From Spirochaetaceae bacterium (GTDB lineage: Bacteria; Spirochaetota; Spirochaetia; DSM-2461): 64,000 nucleotides of DNA. The stretch spans positions 88,927 to 152,926 of the forward strand of contig JAOPTT010000016.1 in assembly GCA_051531975.1 (NCBI GenBank), given 5' to 3'. Shown one piece after another: positions 48,276-58,561 of this stretch (position 1 is its first letter; each line of letters begins with the position of its first letter). The position numbers and the translations under genes are program-made. A model generated the notes under the pieces. It had not been told where the DNA came from. It was given only the letters and a program-made list of their open reading frames with translations, and searched no databases.

Positions 48276-50153
48276 TTAAATATGCAGTCCTGATATCAGT
48301 CTCCAGAAAATAATGATCCCCATTAGTGAAATTATTAAAACCTGGGAAGAAGTAAATAACAATTTGCTTCGTTTTGTAAGTGATTTTGCTGATTTACTAA
48401 AACGGTAGACGATAAATAGATCTAGTGCTACCAGTATGTAAGGTAACATAAGTGTTACTCTAGCAAGTGGAGGAATTCCAAATGCGATGGCAGGGAATCC
48501 CTCTTTTTTATTCATAAGTATGGCAAGTGTCAATGGAGTGTAGAGAAGAAGTGAAGATATGGTTATTAATAACATAGAGAATACGCCACGACTTTTTCTA
48601 TTTTTAATGATTGTAACTATAATTAAAATTATGGAAACAAAAGATAATAAAAAAACTATGAGAGTAGAAATAATCAGAAAGTCTGGATTTTCGATAAATG
48701 TTACTTTTTCGTAAGTTGAATGGTAACCTGCATCAGAAAACATATTTACAATTTTTCCGTTGTTGTCTTCTTCAAAATAAATATAGTGATTATTATCACT
48801 TCTCCTGAATAGATTTTTTGAAACTGGGATAAGCTCCGCATAATCTGGCATACCTCCCCAACCGTAGACATCTCCAGGGGCTTTTGTAGTTAATATAAGC
48901 TTGTTATTATTATTCATAGAAACCTGTGAGTACTCACCAGCTACAAGAAGTGCCAGTTTCATCACATTTCTGTGATACTGTATAATTCTGTAGTGACCTT
49001 TATATTTTTTTAGTTCAGATGGAATATAAACTTCAGTCTCTGCCTGATCTTCGCCATATAATATATTAAGAAGTTGTCTGGTAAAGATATCATGCATTTC
49101 TACCTCACCTTCATCTCTAATATTTTGAATATAAGTAAAACCGATATTATCTTCTGGTATTATTAGCATTTTAGAGAATATTCCTACTCCACTTCCAATT
49201 CTTTCCAGGATTTTTTTTCCGTTATAATAATATTCTAAGAATCCAAATGTAGAACCACCTATACCACTATTAGATGTCAGTTGAGTATCGAGCATATATG
49301 ATAAAGATGATTCAGATAAAATTTGTTTTCCATCGTAGTATCCTGAATTTGTTAACATCTTTATGCTACTGGAAAAATCCTGGGATGTCATACTTGCACC
49401 TCCAGATGGGGGTGTTGTTAGGTATAGAAACGGACGGTTTATATATTCACCATCTTCTATAAAGTAAGTTGTTGCAAGAGATTGTTTCAAGTTTTTAGGA
49501 ACGTTTTGGTTGAAGGTAGAATGATCCATATTCATAGGTATGAAAATAACCTGCTCTATGTAATCAGAATAACTCATTTTTGTAACTTCTTCTATAATCA
49601 GAGCAGCGACAACTGTCCCAAATCCTCCATATGTAATAGCATTTCCAGGGGTCATTATCGGTGACTTTAGCTCTTTGATCATTAGGTCTTTTATACTTTC
49701 AGAGATATCAGTTATTGAGAGTGAGTTAAGATCCCTAGATGAAAATCCCTCACTATGAGTTAAGATATGTTTTACTTGTAATTCTTTAAGAATCTTTTTT
49801 AGCTTCGGATTTGTTATATAATCAGATACATAAGCTTCGGGATTCATTTTATTCTCTTCTATAAGTTTAAGAACAGCCATAAATACATACAGTTTAGAGG
49901 ATGAGGCTATTCTGAATACTGTTTTATCGGTAACTTTTGTGGCACTTTCAAGGTCTGAGTATCCATATTTAATATCATGGATAGTTTTTCCATCTTCAAT
50001 CAATGTAAATGCAAAACCCGGAATCATTAGTTCCTTGGCAGATGCTTTTAAATCAGATTCAAACAGAACTAAATCAACATCTGAAATTGATGATGAAATG
50101 TAAACTGGTATAAATAGTGATAGTATAATAGCAATATAGAATCTTTTTAACAT
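48276..50153 (-). CDS. Membrane-anchored serine hydrolase of the beta-lactamase/AmpC-like family
   Basis: Signal peptide; FRIASSSK (SxxK), ILTHSEG, IFIPMNM; four C-terminal TMs. Confidence 0.85.
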   Translation of the reverse strand: MLKRFYIAIILSLFIPVYISSSISDVDLVLFESDLKASAKELMIPGFAFTLIEDGKTIHDIKYGYSDLESATKVTDKTVFRIASSSKLYVFMAVLKLIEENKMNPEAYVSDYITNPKLKKILKELQVKHILTHSEGFSSRDLNSLSITDISESIKDLMIKELKSPIMTPGNAITYGGFGTVVAALIIEEVTKMSYSDYIEQVIFIPMNMDHSTFNQNVPKNLKQSLATTYFIEDGEYINRPFLYLTTPPSGGASMTSQDFSSSIKMLTNSGYYDGKQILSESSLSYMLDTQLTSNSGIGGSTFGFLEYYYNGKKILERIGSGVGIFSKMLIIPEDNIGFTYIQNIRDEGEVEMHDIFTRQLLNILYGEDQAETEVYIPSELKKYKGHYRIIQYHRNVMKLALLVAGEYSQVSMNNNNKLILTTKAPGDVYGWGGMPDYAELIPVSKNLFRRSDNNHYIYFEEDNNGKIVNMFSDAGYHSTYEKVTFIENPDFLIISTLIVFLLSFVSIILIIVTIIKNRKSRGVFSMLLITISSLLLYTPLTLAILMNKKEGFPAIAFGIPPLARVTLMLPYILVALDLFIVYRFSKSAKSLTKRSKLLFTSSQVLIISLMGIIIFWRLISGLHI

Positions 50154-50289
50154 TTAGAACCCCTAAAAATTAATTCATCTTATCATTCTTTATTGTAGAA
50201 ATAAAGAAATAATTGTTTTTGTACTTTCGTGGACTTTGATTTTATAATTTTTACTAACTATAATAAGTAGATAAAAAAAGGGTATATAA

Positions 50290-50841
50290 ATGATTGAAAT
50301 AGGGACAAAGAGATTAAAACTAAGGAAGTGGAGAATATCTGATTCACAAGATCTTTTTGAATATGGTAAAAATGAATTAGTTGGACCAAATGCAGGTTGG
50401 CCTCCTCACGAATCAGAAGAGACATCTAAAGAGATAATATCTATCTTTCTAGAAAATAATGATGTTTATGCTATAGAGTTAAAATCTGAAAAAAAAGTGA
50501 TTGGTGGTATTGGTCTACATGAAAGAAAGCCTGATGAAAACAATAACTTAGGTAACCAACGTGAAATAGGTTATGTAATAAATCCTAGTTATTGGGGAAA
50601 TGCATATGCTCCAGAGGCTGTTGAAGGGTTATTAGCATTAGGATTTAATGTTATGGGTTTAGATGTTGTATGGTGTGGACATTTTGAAGGTAATTCTAAA
50701 TCTAAAAGAGTTATCGAGAAGAGTTGTTTTAATTACAAGTTTAAAAAAGACGAAATTAAACCTCTACTAAATGATAAAAAAGTAGTTACTCATTATTATT
50801 GTGTTACAAAAAAAGAATATTTTGATTTTATTCGTGAATAG
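50290..50841 (+). CDS. RimJ/RimL-type GNAT acetyltransferase
   Basis: TKRLKLR, VGPNAGWPPH, EIGY...YWGN, NSKSKRVIEK. Confidence 0.9.
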   Translation: MIEIGTKRLKLRKWRISDSQDLFEYGKNELVGPNAGWPPHESEETSKEIISIFLENNDVYAIELKSEKKVIGGIGLHERKPDENNNLGNQREIGYVINPSYWGNAYAPEAVEGLLALGFNVMGLDVVWCGHFEGNSKSKRVIEKSCFNYKFKKDEIKPLLNDKKVVTHYYCVTKKEYFDFIRE

Positions 50842-50881
50842 TTCTTTTATATTTAAATTAACAATAAGAGAGGATATAAAG

Positions 50882-51568
50882 GTGAAAAGAAGAAGTAATA
50901 AAATAACATTTACTTTTATATATTTTGCTATAATCTCAATATTTGCATCTTGTGTAGGAACTTCTAATACTATTGATTATCAAATTAATAATACTGAAAG
51001 CGAGGGGCTTATATTTAAAAATGAGACAGGGCTAGAACTAAATGTTTCACAAATGGAAGATATTGCATTTGGATTTGTACATACAGGTGAATTTAGTCCC
51101 GATTATGAAGTTCAAATTAAAGCTGAAGAAATTGAATTTAACTCCTTTATATTAACTATCAAAACACAATCAAAAACTTATTCTATAGAGAGTCTTTCTG
51201 TTTCACCAATCAGTTTCTCTTGGTCTTCTTCCGGGAGATATGTGGTTATCCACAATATTGATTATTATGCAGGTGAAGGATCTACTGGAATAGTAGTTTT
51301 AAATGTTCAAACTGGACATTTTATAGAGATCAATAAAGACCAAATAATAGGTGGTCGTGAAATAGGAAAACGAGACAAACTGAATATTTACAATATTGTT
51401 TGGTTAGATTTAGACAGATTTTCTTTGGTTGCTAGTGTCGGTTATTTAGGTGAATCAGGTCACCCTGGTATCGATTCTAATAGAAAGACATATTTAGGAG
51501 AATTTTTTGGTAATAAAGATGATATTGTTCTTGTTGCTAATTGGGATATTAAAATATTAAACGATTAA
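50882..51568 (+). CDS. Hypothetical lipoprotein
   Basis: GTG start after GAGGA; lipobox FAS-C; WSSSGRY propeller-like motif. Confidence 0.65.
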   Translation: MKRRSNKITFTFIYFAIISIFASCVGTSNTIDYQINNTESEGLIFKNETGLELNVSQMEDIAFGFVHTGEFSPDYEVQIKAEEIEFNSFILTIKTQSKTYSIESLSVSPISFSWSSSGRYVVIHNIDYYAGEGSTGIVVLNVQTGHFIEINKDQIIGGREIGKRDKLNIYNIVWLDLDRFSLVASVGYLGESGHPGIDSNRKTYLGEFFGNKDDIVLVANWDIKILND

Positions 51569-51619
51569 ATTCATGATATAAAACATAATTCTCTATTAGG
51601 TTCAATATAATCTTTTCCA

Positions 51620-51647
51620 TTGACAAAAATGGTATATAAAGTATTCT
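51620..51647 (+). promoter_or_regulatory. Sigma70-type promoter
   Basis: TTGACA-16 nt-TATTCT upstream of an AAGGA RBS. Confidence 0.55.
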
Positions 51648-51681
51648 TTTAATACAAATAAAAAAGGAAATTTAAAAAATT

Positions 51682-54600
51682 ATGAAATTAATAAAAAGCA
51701 TTATACTTATTTTATTTAGTCTATTTATAATTGGTGAACTATTTGCAGAAGATAAAGAGTACTCTGTTACAATATTAGAGAAAAATGTTGAATTCTATTA
51801 CGAAGAAAACAATCTACAAAAATATACATTTCAGCAAAAGTATTTAATAAATAATCAAAAAGGTGCTGAATCATGGAATTATACATCCAGTAGTTGGAGT
51901 CCATGGTATCAAGAAAAACCAGTTATAACAGCCACAGTTACTAACCCTGATGGCCAAGTTTATGTATTAGATCAATCTACTTTAGTTGAAGTTGGAACAG
52001 AAGAAGATAATGATATATACAGTGATACTAAAAAATTAAAAGCACCTCTAGCATCTATTAAAATTGGTAGTATTGTTGACGAGAAAGTAGTTAAAGTAAT
52101 GACAAAACCATACTTTAGTGGTGGTTATGATACTAGTTATTCATTTTTTAATAGTAAACCAATAAATAAAAATACAATAACAATCAATGTTCCCAAAGAT
52201 ATAGATATTATATTTAAAGAATTTATGATGGATTTTAATCCTAAAATTGAGATTAAAAATAACAGAAAAATATATACCATTTCTTTAGAAGACTTAGAAG
52301 CGTTAGACTCAAAACCTCTGCTTGTGGGAAGTGATTATAGACATTGGCCAAAACTGTATTGGACAACATCAAATAGTTGGAATAGTGTTGTAAAAGAGTA
52401 TCAAAAGTTAATAACTCCACAACTAGTAATGGATAATAATGTAGAGAGCTTTTTAAAAAACGTTGATCTTACTGGAACAAAAGAAGAGATTATAATAAAT
52501 ATTTTAATGCATTTACATGAAGAAGTTAGATATACAGGATTAGAACTAGGAGAATCATCAATAGTTCCCCATACACCAAACGAAACAATAGAGAGAAAAT
52601 ATGGAGATTGCAAAGATAAAGCTGTTCTTTTACAATCAATACTTAAAGAAGTTGGTATAAAATCAAATATAGCCCTTCTTAAAGCTGGATATGGACCAGA
52701 TGTTCCCACAGAAATTCCTGGTATTCGTCATTTTAATCATGCCATTGTATATCTTCCAAAACCATTTGATATATGGATAGATGCAACTTCTGAATTCTCC
52801 AGATTAGGAGAGCTTCCAGTATCTAGTTCTAATAGAAATGCCTTAGTTATAGACGATAAAACTACAACATTAAAAAAGACAACTTCTAAAAAAGAAAAAG
52901 ACAATACAAGAATACTTACCCACAATGTCTACATGAACCAGTTAGGAGAAGCTAAGGTTGTAGAGAAGCTTGAGGTTTCTGGTTTTTTTGGTAGGGACAG
53001 AAGAAGCTATTTTAATAGTTTATCCCCAAAAGAGACTGATGAAAAAATTGGTAATTATGTAGAAAGAACATATAACTCGGAAGAATTTGTTAATTTTAAC
53101 AAACTTAATAGTAGAGATATAAAAGATAATTTCTTTTATGAATTTACAGTTCCAGAGACAAATTATGCTTATACAGATACAGATAGTGCTTACATCTACC
53201 TAAATTTAGTTGATGTTTTTAACATACTTCCTAAATCCTTAAAGAGTATGAACCAATACGAAAAAAATAACGGTGAAAAAGAGGACTCCCAGTGGTTTGA
53301 AAGGACTCAAGATGTTTATTTAGATTACCCATTTATTAATAATCATAACTATATAATTCATTTTCCAGAAGGTTTTGTTATTAACGAACTTCCTAAGGAC
53401 GAAGAACATCTTTTTGGTACAACTAAATATAGTAGAACTTTTAAGCAGGATGAAAATAAAATCATAATTAATTCTCAACTTAATACTGGTAGTGCTAAAT
53501 ATAATCCAGAAGAGTTAGAAAAACTTCGTACATATCTCTTTAAAAATAATAATGAGAAAAATCAAAAAATCATAGCTACATCTTTTAAAAACTTATATAT
53601 AAATAATGATGAATTCCAGAACTGTATAAATTATTATTTAGATAAAATCGAGAGTGAACCTAACGACATCAGTCACCATGTTAGAATAGCAGCAGCTTAT
53701 ATCGAAGCTGGATTTGCCAAAGCTGGTAATAAACATTTAAAGATTGCTCTTACCCTAGATGAAGATAATACCGAGGCTAAAATGGCCTATGCCCTTTCAT
53801 TTTTATACGATGAGTGGGGAAGATATGAATATTTAAAAGATAACAAGACAAAAGCTACAAAAGAGTATCTAGAAGTTACACAGATTAATCCTGAAATTGG
53901 AAATGCCTGGAGAAACTTAGCCATTATTTCAGAGTATGGAGATGAAGGTTTTAGGTATAGCAGTGGGGCTGATTTTGAAGGCGCTATAAATTATTATAAC
54001 AAATATACTGAATACACTAAAGAAGATGATTTAAATTATAATATTTTATTAGACTTAGTAAAACTTAATAAATTTGATGAACTACTAAATAATGTTGAAT
54101 TAGTTAAAAAATTAAATACCTATGATGGATGGAGTCTCTATTTTACAGCTATAGTATTAAAAAATGGTGATGAAATAGCATATAAACAGATATCATCCTT
54201 AACTAGTTCTCCTGATAATAGAAAAAGGTTAATAGATTCAACTGTAACTAATTTGCAACAACTTAGAGAGTATAAATTAGCAGCTAAAATGTTATCTTAT
54301 ATTGATAAATCTACAGATAAATATATTGAAATTGAGAATAAAATAGATTTTCTAAACTCACTTTCTCATTATGAAGATGAGGTTTTTGATGAGAGTAGGC
54401 CAGAAAATGTAGTTCAGAAATACTGGTTCAAGGCTTTTGTTAAAGAAGATCTTTCATCGAAAGATGTAGGAGAAATATTTGCAAAAAAACTTATAGAGAA
54501 TGTGGGTACAAAACATCTCTTAGAAGAAATGACTGATGCAAAAGATGAATTTGAATTCAACTCACTTAATGCTAGTTCCAACTTAAATGTTATGAGGGAC

Positions 54601-55680
54601 ATGCTTTTAACAGAGATTAATTATAATGTTGAACAAGCTGGAGATTTATACCGTATTATTACCACAGTTAATCTTCCAACTGAACAAATATCACAACAAT
54701 TTTTTGTCTGGAAAGAGGACGGAAAATTTAAACTAATACACAATCAAGATCCTTGGTTAGCTAGTGATTCTATTACTAAAATGTTAAAAAGTGGTAAAAG
54801 AATCGAAGCAATAAAAATTCTTAACTGGATAAAAGACGGAGCTGATAATCGTAACTTTTCATCAATATTATCTAGTGTATGGAAATCTAATAAAAGAAGT
54901 GACGATTGGATTAACATGGGAGTTGCATCTTTAACTTATAAACTAAAAGAGAGTACGAACTTCTTATTAGGGGTAGAACAGGCTTTTATTAAAAATGGTC
55001 TTAGAGATATATATACATGGATGCTTGCAATCCACTATAAAGAGAAAAAAGAGTATAAAAAGGCATATGATCTTATTAAGAAACATATAGCTAATGAAGG
55101 TTTATCCACCGAAGTAGTTGGAGATTATTTTTATATATATCATAAAAATGACAAACATGAAGAGTTCCATAAAATATTAATGGAATCACTGGAGTTTGAA
55201 CCAAATAATCTAATACTTCACGACCAAGTTGTTTATAACTATGTTATACAGAAAAGATATACTGAAGCATTTGATTATCTAGAATCCTACATAGAAAACA
55301 GTAGTGAAAGTGCTTTTATGTATAATAACATAGCTTGGCATGGTCTATTTAGTGATCAGGATTTTGAACAGTTACATTCATACGCTTTAACAGCAAATCA
55401 AATAACTAAATTTGAAAAAAATGCTTTCCTAGATACTCTAGCTGTAATATTAGCAGAGTCTGGAAAGGTAAAACAATCTAGAGAAATTTTATTACACCTT
55501 ATTGGGCAGAAAAAAAGTAAACATCTTGATGGTGAATATTATATTATGGGATTAAATGCAGTAACTTTAGGACTTAATGATGAGGCTATTAACTATTTTA
55601 GTCAGGTTAAAAAACCAGAAATTGAAAGTGGTATATCAACCTATTTATTAGCTCAGAAAAAGTTAAAAGAATTAAAATAA
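51682..55680 (+). CDS. Exported DUF3857 / transglutaminase-like / TPR protein
   Basis: Signal peptide ending LFA; VRYTG, GDCKDKA (Cys), FNHAI (His), WIDAT (Asp); long TPR-like C-terminal half ending NNIAW...DTLA. Confidence 0.88.
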   Translation: MKLIKSIILILFSLFIIGELFAEDKEYSVTILEKNVEFYYEENNLQKYTFQQKYLINNQKGAESWNYTSSSWSPWYQEKPVITATVTNPDGQVYVLDQSTLVEVGTEEDNDIYSDTKKLKAPLASIKIGSIVDEKVVKVMTKPYFSGGYDTSYSFFNSKPINKNTITINVPKDIDIIFKEFMMDFNPKIEIKNNRKIYTISLEDLEALDSKPLLVGSDYRHWPKLYWTTSNSWNSVVKEYQKLITPQLVMDNNVESFLKNVDLTGTKEEIIINILMHLHEEVRYTGLELGESSIVPHTPNETIERKYGDCKDKAVLLQSILKEVGIKSNIALLKAGYGPDVPTEIPGIRHFNHAIVYLPKPFDIWIDATSEFSRLGELPVSSSNRNALVIDDKTTTLKKTTSKKEKDNTRILTHNVYMNQLGEAKVVEKLEVSGFFGRDRRSYFNSLSPKETDEKIGNYVERTYNSEEFVNFNKLNSRDIKDNFFYEFTVPETNYAYTDTDSAYIYLNLVDVFNILPKSLKSMNQYEKNNGEKEDSQWFERTQDVYLDYPFINNHNYIIHFPEGFVINELPKDEEHLFGTTKYSRTFKQDENKIIINSQLNTGSAKYNPEELEKLRTYLFKNNNEKNQKIIATSFKNLYINNDEFQNCINYYLDKIESEPNDISHHVRIAAAYIEAGFAKAGNKHLKIALTLDEDNTEAKMAYALSFLYDEWGRYEYLKDNKTKATKEYLEVTQINPEIGNAWRNLAIISEYGDEGFRYSSGADFEGAINYYNKYTEYTKEDDLNYNILLDLVKLNKFDELLNNVELVKKLNTYDGWSLYFTAIVLKNGDEIAYKQISSLTSSPDNRKRLIDSTVTNLQQLREYKLAAKMLSYIDKSTDKYIEIENKIDFLNSLSHYEDEVFDESRPENVVQKYWFKAFVKEDLSSKDVGEIFAKKLIENVGTKHLLEEMTDAKDEFEFNSLNASSNLNVMRDMLLTEINYNVEQAGDLYRIITTVNLPTEQISQQFFVWKEDGKFKLIHNQDPWLASDSITKMLKSGKRIEAIKILNWIKDGADNRNFSSILSSVWKSNKRSDDWINMGVASLTYKLKESTNFLLGVEQAFIKNGLRDIYTWMLAIHYKEKKEYKKAYDLIKKHIANEGLSTEVVGDYFYIYHKNDKHEEFHKILMESLEFEPNNLILHDQVVYNYVIQKRYTEAFDYLESYIENSSESAFMYNNIAWHGLFSDQDFEQLHSYALTANQITKFEKNAFLDTLAVILAESGKVKQSREILLHLIGQKKSKHLDGEYYIMGLNAVTLGLNDEAINYFSQVKKPEIESGISTYLLAQKKLKELK

Positions 55681-55703
55681 CAGTACTTAAGAAGGAGATT
55701 CTT

Positions 55704-56432
55704 GTGATTAGTTATGAAGAAAAATCATTAAATGCATGGCCATCAATTAAAACGTTAATACATAAAGGATGCCTTATTAGATTATCTGATGGATATACTA
55801 AAAGAGCTAATTCAGCAAACCCACTTTATATAAATGAAACAGATATAGAGAATGTAATAGATTTTTCAGAAAATATATTTAGTTCTTCAAAACTACCAAC
55901 TATTTTTAAAATTATTGATAATAAGGAATATAATAAGTTAGATGTAGTATTAGAAAAAAAGAATTATAAAAAAATTGATACAACACATGTTATGTTATGT
56001 GATATTTCAGAATTCAATAATTTTGATGCTAAATTATTACAAATAGATGATAACTTTTCTGATGAATGGTTAACTACATTTTTAAGTATTAACAATGTAA
56101 AAGATGAACATAAAGATACAGCAGTAAAGATGTTAAAAAATATTTCAGTAGAACTGCTTGTTGCATCAATTATAGTAAATAATAAGATAGTAGCTTGCGG
56201 ATATGCAGCTCTGGAAGTGGACCATATAGGTATTTATGATATTATTGTAGATGAAAATTATAGAGGTTATGGATATGGAAAAAGTATTATGTCTGGCATA
56301 ATTAATAAAGCAAAAGATAAAGATATTAAATATGCATATTTACAAGTTGTTGCTTCAAATATGATTGCTAATGATTTATATAAAAAATTAGGATTTAAAA
56401 CATTGTATGATTATTGGTACCGAAAAAAATAG
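55704..56432 (+). CDS. GNAT family N-acetyltransferase
   Basis: NAWP, GYTKRANS, YRGYGYG, YLQV..N..A..LYKKLGF; GTG start with AAGGAG. Confidence 0.9.
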   Translation: MISYEEKSLNAWPSIKTLIHKGCLIRLSDGYTKRANSANPLYINETDIENVIDFSENIFSSSKLPTIFKIIDNKEYNKLDVVLEKKNYKKIDTTHVMLCDISEFNNFDAKLLQIDDNFSDEWLTTFLSINNVKDEHKDTAVKMLKNISVELLVASIIVNNKIVACGYAALEVDHIGIYDIIVDENYRGYGYGKSIMSGIINKAKDKDIKYAYLQVVASNMIANDLYKKLGFKTLYDYWYRKK

Positions 56433-56483
56433 TCTTAAAATTTTATTGTGTACTAAAATACTTTTTACATTTAATATTAAAAT

Positions 56484-57410
56484 ATGAAAGCAATAATATG
56501 TACACAGTATGGTTCTCCTGAAGTTCTAAAGTTAAAAGAAGTAGATAAACCAATACCAAAAGATAACGAAGTTTTGATAAAAGTTTATGGGACATCTGCC
56601 CATATAGGTGATACCCGTATAAGAAGAGCTGATCCATTTTTAGTTAGAATTATGTTTGGTATATTTAGACCGAAGAAGAACTTAAAATTAGGAATTGAAA
56701 TTTCCGGTATAGTAGAATCTGTTGGAAAAAATGTTAAATTATTTAAGTCAAATGATGAAATATTTGCCTTAACTGGATTTAATTTAGGTGGATATGCTGA
56801 TTATATATGTCTACCAGAAAAAACTAAAAATGGAACACAGGAGCAAAAAGGTTTAATATGTCTAAAACCTATAAACTTAACATTTGAAGAAGCTGCAGTA
56901 GTCCCAGCAGGTAGTCTTACAGCTTTAAAGAACTTACAAAAAGCTAAAATAAAAAAAGGTGATAAAATCTTAATTAATGGAGCATCTGGTAGTCTTGGTA
57001 CTTTTGCCATACAACTAGCTAAATATTATGGAGCTGAAATTACGGCTGTTTGTAGTACTGAAAATTTTGAACTCGTTAAGTCCCTTGGTGCAAATAAAAC
57101 TATTGATTATAGAACTGAAGATTTTACTAAAACTAATGAAAAGTACGACATCGTTTACGATGCAGTAATGAAGTCTAAAAAGTCAGAGTGTAAAAATATT
57201 TTAAAGAAAGATGGAATATTTCTAAACAACTTTAATCTTCCTAAAATAATTGATGGTGATTTAGACATTATTAAAGAGTTCATAGAAAAAAATATTCTTA
57301 AATCTATTATAGATAAGACCTACTCAATAGAGAAAATTTCTGAAGCCCATGAATATGTAGATAAAGGCCATAAAAAAGGTAATGTTGCAATAACTGTTAA
57401 TAATATATAG
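56484..57410 (+). CDS. NAD(P)-dependent MDR-family oxidoreductase (quinone reductase/ADH-like)
   Basis: YGSPEVL, GIEISG, NGASGSLG, SLGA..IDY, GHKKGNV. Confidence 0.9.
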   Translation: MKAIICTQYGSPEVLKLKEVDKPIPKDNEVLIKVYGTSAHIGDTRIRRADPFLVRIMFGIFRPKKNLKLGIEISGIVESVGKNVKLFKSNDEIFALTGFNLGGYADYICLPEKTKNGTQEQKGLICLKPINLTFEEAAVVPAGSLTALKNLQKAKIKKGDKILINGASGSLGTFAIQLAKYYGAEITAVCSTENFELVKSLGANKTIDYRTEDFTKTNEKYDIVYDAVMKSKKSECKNILKKDGIFLNNFNLPKIIDGDLDIIKEFIEKNILKSIIDKTYSIEKISEAHEYVDKGHKKGNVAITVNNI

Positions 57411-57443
57411 GTACAGAATCTCATAAAATTATCTGAAACAAAA

Positions 57444-58544
57444 ATGGAAAAAGAAATGAAAAAAATTATTATATTAATACTAATAAGTTTATTAAGTTTA
57501 CAGGTTTATTCACAAGATAATACAGATAAGCAGGAAGCTTATGATAACGCCATTGAAGCTATAAAAATAATGGATAGTGGTGAAATTGATAAATCCATAG
57601 GGATGCTTAAAAATTCTCAACTACTTGATCCAGAGAACTATATATATCCATATGAAATTGCTTATGCACATTTCTTAAAAAAAGATTATGGTAATGCAAT
57701 ATCAATATTAGAAGATGTAATCCAGTTTAAGAATAAAACAGATCAATGTTTCACCTTATTAGGTAATATTTACGATATGGATGGAAAACCAGAAAAGGCT
57801 ATTGAAGTATATAAAAAAGGTCTAGTACTTTTTCCTACTTCAGGACGGCTGTATTTTGAGCAAGGTAATGTTCAAGAGGTTCTTGGAAAGTATAACGAGG
57901 CTTTGGTGACCTGGGAAAATGGAGTTTATGTAGACCCTAGATATGCATCAAATTATCATACATCAGCAATCTATTATAGTAATTATACAACTGAGAAGAT
58001 TTGGGGTATTTTATATGGTGAACTTTTTATTAACTTAGAAAGAGGTTCAGATAAAACAGAACAGATAAGTAAACTTTTATATGATACCTATATGTCTTCA
58101 ATAGAAATTACGTCTAATGCAGAGGTTCGAGTTAATTTTACTCAGACCTCAACAGTAATTTTAGATGAAGATGTTCAAGAAAAAAATACACCATTTCCAA
58201 TTAGTTATGAATTGACATTAGCTGTTGCATTAATACCTGAGTTAAAAGAAGAGAATTTTGGAATGAAGAGTTTATATAATATCAGAAAACTATTTATTGA
58301 AGAGTGGTTTAAATACAGTATAGATTCCATGTATCCTAATATACTCTTTGATTGGCATAAAAAGTTAATAGAATTAGGATATTTTGAATCATATAATTAT
58401 TGGTTATTCATGAAAGGTAATGAAGATGAATTTAGAAGTTGGTTATCTGAAAATGAAGATAAATATAACTCATTTATTCAGTGGTTTAGTGATAATCCAA
58501 TGTCTATTAATGAAAATAATAGACTTCATCGATATCAATATTAA
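57444..58544 (+). CDS. Exported TPR-repeat protein
   Basis: Signal peptide ending VYS (start may be ATG 57456); about four TPRs. Confidence 0.8.
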   Translation: MEKEMKKIIILILISLLSLQVYSQDNTDKQEAYDNAIEAIKIMDSGEIDKSIGMLKNSQLLDPENYIYPYEIAYAHFLKKDYGNAISILEDVIQFKNKTDQCFTLLGNIYDMDGKPEKAIEVYKKGLVLFPTSGRLYFEQGNVQEVLGKYNEALVTWENGVYVDPRYASNYHTSAIYYSNYTTEKIWGILYGELFINLERGSDKTEQISKLLYDTYMSSIEITSNAEVRVNFTQTSTVILDEDVQEKNTPFPISYELTLAVALIPELKEENFGMKSLYNIRKLFIEEWFKYSIDSMYPNILFDWHKKLIELGYFESYNYWLFMKGNEDEFRSWLSENEDKYNSFIQWFSDNPMSINENNRLHRYQY

Positions 58545-58561
58545 TAATTTAATGAATTCTT

